IMG/VR virus record: IMGVR_UViG_3300025751_000095
Coordinates: 1-29,728 of that record
Reading direction: 5' to 3' (one strand)
Origin: a virus
Taxonomy: Duplodnaviria; Caudoviricetes
DNA: 29,728 nt
This document shows, in pieces, positions 6,285 through 14,436 of the stretch. The notes beneath the pieces were generated by a model, which was not told the DNA's origin, made no database searches, and worked only from the letters and a program-made list of their open reading frames with translations. Position numbers and translations under genes: made by a program. Within the stretch, counting starts at the first letter, position 1. Each line of letters opens with the position of its first letter.

Positions 6285-9164
6285 TTAGAAGCTAGGCGTC
6301 CACGTCACGGTTCCATTGCTGGTGCCGCGTGGATCGCTGCTAGTTGCGTCTGTGATCTGCAACGTAACGATCAAGTCGCCGTTGTCGGTGCCGTAGCTGG
6401 CAGTCACGTTCGAGTTCGACGTCAGCTCGCCAGCAAACTTAGTCTGGTCGTAGCCTGAAGCCGCTGGCAGTCTCAGGATAATGACCCCGCTGCCACCGTG
6501 ACCGCCCAAGGCCTGCTGCGCCCCTGTTCTAAACGACGAGCCACCGCCCCCGCCGCCGACATGGGGCTGAGCATTAGGGCTGCGGTTAAGGTATGTGCTG
6601 TTATTCGACCCAGTCCCGTTACCGCCGCCACCTTGACCGCCATCACCGGGCAGGTATGTGCCATTATCTGCCGAGCTGCCCCCGCCACCGCCTGCTCGGT
6701 AGGTTGGCGTGCCGGTGATGGTTGATTGCAAGCCATCGCCGCCTTCGCCGCCATAGCCAGATCCTGTAACATTTACATCGCCACCGTCAGCCCCTGCACC
6801 GCCGCCGCCGCCGGACGACAAATAGTTGCCGTAGGAATACTGACCAAAGCCGCCGTCAGAGCCTTGGCTCCCAGTGCCGCCCAAATTTTGCACATTGGCG
6901 GCATCCGCACCGCCACCGCCGCCGGAGCCACCGGGTGCACCCGTTTCTGTGCCGCCTGTGCTGTTGTTGTAGCCTTCACCGCCCCGACCGCCGCCAGTGG
7001 CGCTAAAGAGCGTCGTGGCGCCTGCCACCATTGTCGTGTCAGAGCCGTTAGTGCCGAGCAGTGTGCCGCTGCTGTCGCCTCGGGTGCCGCCCTTGCCGAC
7101 CGTAAACACATAAGTTGAGCCGGAGGAAATTGTGAGCGAACTGGAGACAGCCGCACCGCCGCCGGAGGTTTCTGTGGCGCTCGACCCCGCCCAACTCGTG
7201 ACGTAGCCGCCAGCACCGCCAGCACCGCCGCCGCCACGGAAACTACCTCCGCCATTGCCCGAAGACCCTGCACCACCGCCAGCTACAGCGAGGAAGTTCA
7301 GACCAGTGCCGTCCCATGTGACCGCACCATAACTCGCCTGCAACATCTCGGAGAGCGAGAGGATGCCCGTGTTGGCGAGGGAGACGGAGCTTGCCACGCT
7401 AGTCAAAGCGTCACGACCCCGGATGCCACCCCAAAACATTTGAGTGAGTTGTTTGGCCGCTACGGGTGCGCCTTGTGGGAGTGCTTCAGTAGGCGGCGTG
7501 AACGTGCCGGTGTACCGGGCGACGCCTTTTGTAATACGGAAGTCCTCAATGCGCCCGTCCATGACGTAGCTAGTAGAGTAGTAGCCGCCAATTGCGATGT
7601 TTTCATAGCCGTTGGTCTGGAGGTTTGCGGCGTGGTTGCTATAGGTCTGCAGAGCGCTACCATCGACGTAGAAAACTAGATCGGTGCCGTCGAAAACGAG
7701 CGCAACGTGATACCAAGTATTCGTTGATATCGTCGTACCAATGTTACCGGTTTGTCCGCCGTCATAGTATACGATCCACTTCCCGCCTCCTATCGCCACG
7801 GCGAGGGTGTAGGCGTTGGTATCCGCCGACCCGTCTAGGATATTGCCGGAGGGGAGGATCTGAAACAGACCGTCGGCAGAGGAGCTGTCAAAGTACGCCC
7901 AGCATTCGACCGTAAAGGCTTCAGCGGCGCCTCCCGAAACTGCGCCGATGGCCGAAGGCAGCGCTACGTTGATGTAGCCGCTGTCTTGAAAGTCGATGTA
8001 CTGCCCGTACTTGCCGCCCGAGTTGCCGGAGGTGAGGCCAGAGGCGCTGGGAGTGACCGTTGGTGAAGCGCTTGAAAGGTCCGTAGTGCTAGACCCATCC
8101 AGCAACAGCGTCACGTCATCCCAGTACTCGTCCCCTGCTACGGCTGTTCCTTCGTTAGTTTCAGGACCCGCCTCGTCGAGGCTCAGGATGCCGACGTTGG
8201 AGGTCGTGCGGTCGGCGGTTGTTACCGAACCGGGCGTCAGGTCATACTCAATTTTGCTGACCCAGTATTCCGTTCCGGCGTGATAAACCTCGTGGGTGGA
8301 GTAGAAGAAGGTGCCGATTTCTGGCACGTACTGACCGCCGGTGCTGATGTTGTACGTCTTGCTGTCGTTTGTTCTCTCGGCAGTCACCGAGGAGAAGTCA
8401 TACGGGCTAGACGTCGTGAACGTCTTGATATTGGTGTTACCTTGGGGTAGCCCGATGAACTTAGTCCCGGTGCTGTCAGCCGCGTACACAAAAAGGGCGT
8501 TGTCGAGGACGGAAGAGAGGTCGTACTTCGTCACATAGGTGCTCGTGGTGAGATCGTATGCCGTGCTCAGGTTCCACTCGTACATGTACTCATCGTGACC
8601 TGCGGAGCCATTCGAGTTGAACCAGAAACACTTCGTTCCGTCCGCGTTGAAGATCGGAGCGCCCCAGCTAGCGAAGTTTCCGCCGTAGCCAGTCGGTGCC
8701 GCCATACCATCGGACTGTTCTGTCCCTGCGGTAGTCAGGTCGTAGGCGGTGGAGCAGTCGTGATAGAAGAAGTCGAGGTACTGGTTAGTGGCCTGCTTCA
8801 TGGCGTACACCCGCGTACCGTCGTGGCTCCAGAACCAGTTCTGAGAGGAGTTGTAGGTGTAAGACCAGTTAATGTTCGTCGAGGAACCAGCCGTAGTAAG
8901 GTCGTATGCCGTCGATAGGGTCATCTCCCGGATCTGGCTATTGTAAGTCCCCGTGTCATAGTAAAGCAGGTAAACCTTCGTGCCGTCTCCGTTAAACAGG
9001 AAGGAGCGTAGCTGTCCCCCGGCGTCGTAAAGGTTGGTCGTCTCTGTGTATGCGGTTGTCACGTCTACTGTCGCAGGGATTGTGCCTACCACGTCCGTAA
9101 ACGACCCGCCACGCACTGGGTTTGCCCCGATTAGTTTTCCTAGAGACCTTTTACTGAAAGGCAT
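6285..9164 (-). CDS. Multidomain receptor-binding/tail-fibre protein: beta-propeller repeats, LamG/ConA-like lectin, glycine-rich domain
   Basis: Repeats F..DGT..Y...LSTAYDLTTA; FTVECWAY..TWYHVALV..IGG..GRIEDFRITKGVARY LamG signature; long GGG-rich segment ending GGSGVIILR. Confidence 0.8.
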   Translation of the reverse strand: MPFSKRSLGKLIGANPVRGGSFTDVVGTIPATVDVTTAYTETTNLYDAGGQLRSFLFNGDGTKVYLLYYDTGTYNSQIREMTLSTAYDLTTAGSSTNINWSYTYNSSQNWFWSHDGTRVYAMKQATNQYLDFFYHDCSTAYDLTTAGTEQSDGMAAPTGYGGNFASWGAPIFNADGTKCFWFNSNGSAGHDEYMYEWNLSTAYDLTTSTYVTKYDLSSVLDNALFVYAADSTGTKFIGLPQGNTNIKTFTTSSPYDFSSVTAERTNDSKTYNISTGGQYVPEIGTFFYSTHEVYHAGTEYWVSKIEYDLTPGSVTTADRTTSNVGILSLDEAGPETNEGTAVAGDEYWDDVTLLLDGSSTTDLSSASPTVTPSASGLTSGNSGGKYGQYIDFQDSGYINVALPSAIGAVSGGAAEAFTVECWAYFDSSSADGLFQILPSGNILDGSADTNAYTLAVAIGGGKWIVYYDGGQTGNIGTTISTNTWYHVALVFDGTDLVFYVDGSALQTYSNHAANLQTNGYENIAIGGYYSTSYVMDGRIEDFRITKGVARYTGTFTPPTEALPQGAPVAAKQLTQMFWGGIRGRDALTSVASSVSLANTGILSLSEMLQASYGAVTWDGTGLNFLAVAGGGAGSSGNGGGSFRGGGGAGGAGGYVTSWAGSSATETSGGGAAVSSSLTISSGSTYVFTVGKGGTRGDSSGTLLGTNGSDTTMVAGATTLFSATGGGRGGEGYNNSTGGTETGAPGGSGGGGGADAANVQNLGGTGSQGSDGGFGQYSYGNYLSSGGGGGAGADGGDVNVTGSGYGGEGGDGLQSTITGTPTYRAGGGGGSSADNGTYLPGDGGQGGGGNGTGSNNSTYLNRSPNAQPHVGGGGGGSSFRTGAQQALGGHGGSGVIILRLPAASGYDQTKFAGELTSNSNVTASYGTDNGDLIVTLQITDATSSDPRGTSNGTVTWTPSF

Positions 9165-9175
9165 GATTAGCCCCC

Positions 9176-9535
9176 TTAAGAGATGTCTTCGTAGGATACA
9201 GTCATATCAACATAGCTGATTGCCGTAGAATTGGCGTGAAGCTCATCACCCTCCATAAGGTAAATCGGCTTGTTCAGCACGTCTAGTGTGGCACCAGCAG
9301 GGATGCTAAGGCCCTTAACGATAAAAGTATCATCATCAGATGATCCAGAGTCTCGGATGATCTTTACATCTACAGTAACAGCCGCCGTGTGTATGTTGCA
9401 ACAGAGAATGCTGTTTACTTTATACACGTCCCCCGTGGGGACAGCAGATACTACCGCAGCTAGACTAGCTGGGAGAGCTTTAGTTACTGTAGTACCAAAA
9501 ATCTGTGCTACAGAAACAACATTAGGGTTTGCCAT
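9176..9535 (-). CDS. Conserved phage virion adaptor-like protein (119 aa)
   Basis: MANPNVV...KVNSI..CN...SIPAGATL...PIYL.EGD...SYEDIS pattern, which I recall following GKAIAMAIVFG-ending fibres in aquatic phages. Confidence 0.6.
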   Translation of the reverse strand: MANPNVVSVAQIFGTTVTKALPASLAAVVSAVPTGDVYKVNSILCCNIHTAAVTVDVKIIRDSGSSDDDTFIVKGLSIPAGATLDVLNKPIYLMEGDELHANSTAISYVDMTVSYEDIS

Positions 9536-9539
9536 TTAA

Positions 9540-12500
9540 TTAACCTCCAAATACGATGGCCATTGCGATGGCCTTACCAGTTGTGACACCAGCGTTGGCA
9601 TCTACATAGTCTTTAACCGCTGCCGATGTCGGAACGGTAGTGTCATTATCATTAGAAGCGATAGTGTCCGTAGCGTCCACTATTGCCGAAGCCGCAAAGT
9701 CTGCCACAACAAGGTCGGGAAGACTTCCAGAAGGGAGAGTTCCTGTAGTATCAGTGCTAAGGTCTACTGCGCCAGCAGCAATAGTTGCTGTGATAGTAGC
9801 GTCAGCAGAGCCATCAAAACTAACAGAACCACTTAAGTCACCACCGAGGGAAATAGTACGACCAGTAGCTAGTGCTGTTGCAGTGTCGGCATTCCCAGTT
9901 ACGTTACCCTCAAGGTTTGCTACAAGGGTCCCAGTAGAAATGGTCAGGTTGCCAGTTGAGGCTCCGGTGCTGGTAGTCGTACCTACCGTGAACTTGTCTA
10001 CTGACTCGTCCCAACCAATGAAGGCATTGTCGCCAGTGCTACCACGCTCAATAATCAGGCCAGCATCGTTTGACGCACTGCTGGTGCCGTTAGAAAGCTC
10101 GATAAGGCTGTCTGAGACTACGAGGTTGTTAGTGTCAACAGTAGTTGTAGTGCCTTGGACGGTGAGATTTCCGTTAACCGTAAGGTCAGTAAATTGAGGG
10201 CTGTCTCCGGTGCCTACAGCCTGCCCGATAGAAAACTGGCCATTGCTGTGAGTTACGCCGGTGCCGCCGCTAAGGTGTTGCACAACACTAGACGAGGTAA
10301 TGTTAGCATCAGGAACATTAGTCCAAGTTACAGCAGAGCTAAGGTCGTTAGTCTCAGTGTAGCCTGTGATAAAGCCAGAGTCATTTGTAAGGTCGCTGGT
10401 CGCTGTTGGTATATCGAAATAACCAAGAGTAGCTGTGCTGCCAGACAGGCTGTTTAGCTTAATGCCTTGGCCAGCAGTACCCTGAGAATTAGGAACCTTC
10501 CAAGTGTAAGCTCCACCAAAGCCAGAGTGTGCAGGCCCTTCAAGAGTAAACAAATGACTATCAGCATTAGAGTCTTCACACTGGAGACTAAGTTGACCAG
10601 AAGTGCTGCTGACAGGACGAACAACAATCTGCCCAATCGAAGATGTAGTGTCAATACCAATCTTAGTACGAAGGTCTGTGAGATCAGCCGTAAGTGTTAC
10701 AGTCTGGTTGCCTGACTGATCGAGAGTAAAGCCCCCGTTAGATACCGTGATACCGTTAGAGCTACCACCAGAAATCGTGATAGCAGCGTTGTTAGGCACA
10801 GTGTCCGTATTGTCACTGGCAGGAAGCGTCAGAGTGGTTGTAGTTGTTCCAGTAATATGCCCTTCAGAGTCATATGTTACCGAAGGAACATTAAAGGCCC
10901 CCCCGTAAGAAAGTGTTCTGGAAGCACCTCCTTCATTAACCGTATCAGCAGTCACAGAGTTGGTGTGGTCAAAGGTTGTGCCGTTAAGCGTCAGACCCGT
11001 GCCACCTGTATAGGTAGTGTCAGTGTTATCACTTGCCGGGAGCGTCAGAGCAGTGGTTGTCGTAGAAGTAACGTGGCCCTGATCGTTGTACGTTACCGAA
11101 GGTACATTGAACGTATCACCATAAGAAAGTGTTCTAGCAACACCCCCCTCACTTACTGTACCAGCAGTGGCATGGTCAGCGTGAGTAATGGTGATAGTTT
11201 CGTTAGTCCCTTGGTTTGTAGTAAAATCGCCTGCCGTTGTTACAAGCCCGGTGCCGCCCTCAATCGTGATTGTAGAGTCGTTAGCTACTGCGCCAGTGCC
11301 ATCGACATAATCCTTAACAGCAGCAGTTGTAGGAATGCTGGTGTCATTATCACTGCTGTTTAAGCCTTCAGACTCAGTTACAATAGCGGCAGCAGCAAAG
11401 TCGGACACTGCAAGATCAGGAAGTTGAGCAGAAGCAAGAGTGCCAGTGCTAATGTTAGAGGCATTCAGATAGTAAGCGCTATCGTTGCCATCTAAAGTGT
11501 CTGCGTCTACATTCAGAGCATCAACAAATGCCTTGTCTACAATGCTACTGACTTCAGTATTCAGAGAGCTAGTGATAGCCTGATTGCTGGCATTGCCAAT
11601 GAAGATGTCGCCATCATCAAGGTTGGGCGTAGCGTTAGAGCGACCGGGACCACTAACAATAAACTCGCCATTAGAGATTGCATTTGCAACCTTACCAAGG
11701 TTCTGAATTTTAGAGGTCTCACCAGTTGGAGGAGTATTAGTCAACCCACCAAAAGTCGTGCCGCCGGGAGTAGTGTCTACATATAGAACGTCGCCTTGAG
11801 AAAACCCGCTAAGGTCAATTCCCGTGACAAGTCCGATAGCTGTTACAGTGCCATCAGTGTTGTCTGCAATAGAAGAGCTTGTAAGGCCGATTGCTGGCAT
11901 CTTATTAGCATCATCAGCATCAGCAGGGGCAATCAGCACCTTTTGACCGTTATGACCTGCGATATAAACCGGGACGCCTTTAGCAATCGTGCTGCCGGTT
12001 GCGTTACGCACCTCAAGAGTGACTGCTGTACTCTGGCTTACACTGCTGGGGCTGGTATAGTTAAACTCTCCAGTGGACGTGTTGTAGCTGAGTTCTGCTG
12101 CATCGCTAGTCGTAAGGCTAATTGCACCTCTAGCACGGGCGTCAGTAAAGTAGAAGTTAGTGGCAGACGTAGAGTCAGTCAGATCATCTGTATTAACAAG
12201 ATCAACAGTGTTAATCTTGGCGTCCAGAGCCGCCTGAAGACCGTCTACATTGCTGATAATATGGTCGTGGCTGTCGTCTGCTACAGTGGCAGTAATCGTA
12301 ACATCTGCTGTGCCATCAAAAGACGTAGAGCCTGAGACATCCCCACCAAGGGAAATAGTGCGAGCCGTAGCAAGTTGAGTGGCTTGGTCGGCAGAGGATA
12401 CAGCGTCGTTAATCTGAACATAAGCAGAGCCAGACCAGCGGTAGATGTCGCCGGTAGCAAGGTCTACATAAATCTTACCAGTCTCGCCAGTGCCGGGGAA

Positions 12501-13466
12501 GCTAGCATAGTTGGTGTACTCTTCAACATCATCTACATAGCTAGGAAGCTGGCTAGTGGGAACCAGACCGCTGCTATCCAGAGAAGCTACGCCACTTGCA
12601 GCACCCTTCTGTGACGTGGGAATGTAGGTGCCAAGGTCACTAATCTGACTCTCAGTGATGCTCAGAGCGGCTTGGTGCTGAGTGACAGAGCTTTCGGTGA
12701 TGTTGGCGTCAGGCACGTTGGCCCAAGTTACAGCAGAGCTAAGGTCGTTAGTCTCAGCAGTAAGGTAAGTACCCAGATCAGAGATTTGACTCTCAGTGAT
12801 GGACAGAGCCGCTTGATGTGCGGTTACGTCGCCTTGGGTTACGGTGTAGTCGGTGATGTAACCAGCGCCGTTAGTAAGCTGATTGTTGTTTGTGGGGATG
12901 TCGGTGGTCTTAGCAAGAGTGCCAGTGCCAGACGGGATTGTGTGTGTATTAAGAGAGGTAGCAGTGATACCACCTACAGAAATGTTGTTAGTGGTGGTGT
13001 TGCCATTAGTTGTAGCATCATCAAGGGTGACAGTGGGTACGTCTGTAGTCAGTGCAAGAGTGCCAGACCCACTAGGAATAGTATGGGTGTTCAGTGATGT
13101 AGCCGTAACACCACCTACAGAAATGTTGTTGCTAGTGGTGTTGCCTCGACCAGTTACACTATCAAGAGTATCAACCTCAACAGCGGTGATAGTGGCAAAG
13201 CTAAAGGTGCCGTCGCCATCCGCCTTGAGTGCTTGACCAGCAGTAGATGCAGTGTCTACATCCGTAAGGCCAGCAAGGGTAGTGGAGCCATCTGCACCAG
13301 CAGGACCAGTATCGCCCTGTGGTCCTTGAGCGCCAGTAGCCCCGGTAGCTCCGGTAGCTCCCTGCGGTCCCTGTGGGCCGATTTCACCTTGCGGGCCTTG
13401 GTCGCCCTTAGCAAGTATGGATACCTGTGAGTTGGTATCGGTGATTATTAGTTCATATTTAGCCAT
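9540..13466 (-). CDS. Long tail fibre with collagen-like segment and duplicated modules (1308 aa)
   Basis: 13 Gly-X-Y triplets at aa 21-59 (13290-13406); T/S/G/D-rich; six pairs of internal repeats; C-terminal GKAIAMAIVFGG. Confidence 0.85.
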   Translation of the reverse strand: MAKYELIITDTNSQVSILAKGDQGPQGEIGPQGPQGATGATGATGAQGPQGDTGPAGADGSTTLAGLTDVDTASTAGQALKADGDGTFSFATITAVEVDTLDSVTGRGNTTSNNISVGGVTATSLNTHTIPSGSGTLALTTDVPTVTLDDATTNGNTTTNNISVGGITATSLNTHTIPSGTGTLAKTTDIPTNNNQLTNGAGYITDYTVTQGDVTAHQAALSITESQISDLGTYLTAETNDLSSAVTWANVPDANITESSVTQHQAALSITESQISDLGTYIPTSQKGAASGVASLDSSGLVPTSQLPSYVDDVEEYTNYASFPGTGETGKIYVDLATGDIYRWSGSAYVQINDAVSSADQATQLATARTISLGGDVSGSTSFDGTADVTITATVADDSHDHIISNVDGLQAALDAKINTVDLVNTDDLTDSTSATNFYFTDARARGAISLTTSDAAELSYNTSTGEFNYTSPSSVSQSTAVTLEVRNATGSTIAKGVPVYIAGHNGQKVLIAPADADDANKMPAIGLTSSSIADNTDGTVTAIGLVTGIDLSGFSQGDVLYVDTTPGGTTFGGLTNTPPTGETSKIQNLGKVANAISNGEFIVSGPGRSNATPNLDDGDIFIGNASNQAITSSLNTEVSSIVDKAFVDALNVDADTLDGNDSAYYLNASNISTGTLASAQLPDLAVSDFAAAAIVTESEGLNSSDNDTSIPTTAAVKDYVDGTGAVANDSTITIEGGTGLVTTAGDFTTNQGTNETITITHADHATAGTVSEGGVARTLSYGDTFNVPSVTYNDQGHVTSTTTTALTLPASDNTDTTYTGGTGLTLNGTTFDHTNSVTADTVNEGGASRTLSYGGAFNVPSVTYDSEGHITGTTTTTLTLPASDNTDTVPNNAAITISGGSSNGITVSNGGFTLDQSGNQTVTLTADLTDLRTKIGIDTTSSIGQIVVRPVSSTSGQLSLQCEDSNADSHLFTLEGPAHSGFGGAYTWKVPNSQGTAGQGIKLNSLSGSTATLGYFDIPTATSDLTNDSGFITGYTETNDLSSAVTWTNVPDANITSSSVVQHLSGGTGVTHSNGQFSIGQAVGTGDSPQFTDLTVNGNLTVQGTTTTVDTNNLVVSDSLIELSNGTSSASNDAGLIIERGSTGDNAFIGWDESVDKFTVGTTTSTGASTGNLTISTGTLVANLEGNVTGNADTATALATGRTISLGGDLSGSVSFDGSADATITATIAAGAVDLSTDTTGTLPSGSLPDLVVADFAASAIVDATDTIASNDNDTTVPTSAAVKDYVDANAGVTTGKAIAMAIVFGG
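10323..10357. repeat. 35-bp exact direct repeat, copy 1 (copy 2 at 12723-12757)
   Basis: CCAAGTTACAGCAGAGCTAAGGTCGTTAGTCTCAG at both loci, 2400 bp apart. Confidence 0.9.
12723..12757. repeat. 35-bp exact direct repeat, copy 2
   Basis: Identical to 10323-10357; encodes ETNDLSSAVTW. Confidence 0.9.
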
Positions 13467-13468
13467 CG

Positions 13469-13804
13469 TTACCTCGTCACGTCTCGAACAATATCTATGT
13501 TGAATGTCTCAGAAGAGGTGGTATCGCCATCTGCTTCTACAAACTGCACATCACAAACAGCCACTCGTAGTGGCCATTCAGAAGTCTCAGTTGCCGTAGC
13601 AGTGATTGTAAACACACCAGTCGTCGGGCTGGTTTTAGTGATTGTCAGGCTTCCATTGAAGTTGCTATCAGTAATTAGGGTGTCGGTAGAATCCCTAAGC
13701 TGACTTGTGATTGTAAAACTTGTGATGTCAATAGCAGTGTCATCCTCTACTAACTTGCACTCAAGCTCCAGAGAGTCACCTCTTTTATGGGTAATAGTCG
13801 CCAT
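13469..13804 (-). CDS. BppU-N-like baseplate/fibre attachment protein
   Basis: KRGDS...IDITSFTITSQLR...G.F.I...ET...CDVQF...SETF.I.I..DVT pattern; between Dit and fibre. Confidence 0.65.
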   Translation of the reverse strand: MATITHKRGDSLELECKLVEDDTAIDITSFTITSQLRDSTDTLITDSNFNGSLTITKTSPTTGVFTITATATETSEWPLRVAVCDVQFVEADGDTTSSETFNIDIVRDVTR

Positions 13805-14436
13805 TATATAACCTCTACAGCGTCAAATGAAATGCCGTATGCGCTAGAGTTGTTGATTGACCAAGAACTGATGTTCGCTGCCAGCCGGAACTGCCCCTTC
13901 GCATTGCTGACTACAACAGTCTCATTATTGGCAACAACCCTTCGGACGCTAGGCCAGATGTCAATGGTAGCCTGACCACCGCCGTCAGAGTCTACATCAG
14001 CCAGAACTTTGTGCAGAGTGGAAGTGCTGCCAGAACCAAGCTGGATATAGTCACCAGCCTTGAGGTAGCCCGTAGCCGATGTTGGCAGGCCGTCAATAGT
14101 GATTTCAGAATCCCCGATAGAAAGTGCTCCATCAACCTCTGGCGTACCCGGTGCAGTGGCAGCAGAACCACGAGGAGTGGCCATATTGGGGTCCCCTAGT
14201 AAGAAAGTGCCTCGTCGGCCTTGCAGAGAAAGCAGAAAAGCAATCCAAGGCTCTGCCAAGTCTCGGCGTACCGGAGGAATAGTAACAGAAGCCTCCCAAC
14301 GCTGACCGCTATGGACTACGGTTTGTTGCACAAAGGTAAAGGGAGACTCACTAACAGCTACTACATTGTTGGCACGAAGCTCGATTTGCTCAATGCCAAT
14401 AGCTGTAGGAATAGAAAGGGGGTAGGCGATAGCCAT
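13804..14436 (-). CDS. Distal tail protein (Dit-like)
   Basis: Directly after the TMP; SPFT..QQ..HSGQRWEA, AFLLSLQGR.GTF, I.IWP..R motifs. Confidence 0.75.
   Translation of the reverse strand: MAIAYPLSIPTAIGIEQIELRANNVVAVSESPFTFVQQTVVHSGQRWEASVTIPPVRRDLAEPWIAFLLSLQGRRGTFLLGDPNMATPRGSAATAPGTPEVDGALSIGDSEITIDGLPTSATGYLKAGDYIQLGSGSTSTLHKVLADVDSDGGGQATIDIWPSVRRVVANNETVVVSNAKGQFRLAANISSWSINNSSAYGISFDAVEVI

Noticed and set aside
6473-7276. Ala-rich alternative-frame ORFs in the adhesin gene
   Set aside because: Produced by GGC-rich glycine codons lacking stops in other frames
9540-13466. Diversity-generating retroelement TR/VR pair or invertible fibre cassette
   Set aside because: Repeats are direct and in frame within one gene; I see no adenine-specific mismatch pattern; no reverse transcriptase or invertase in the window
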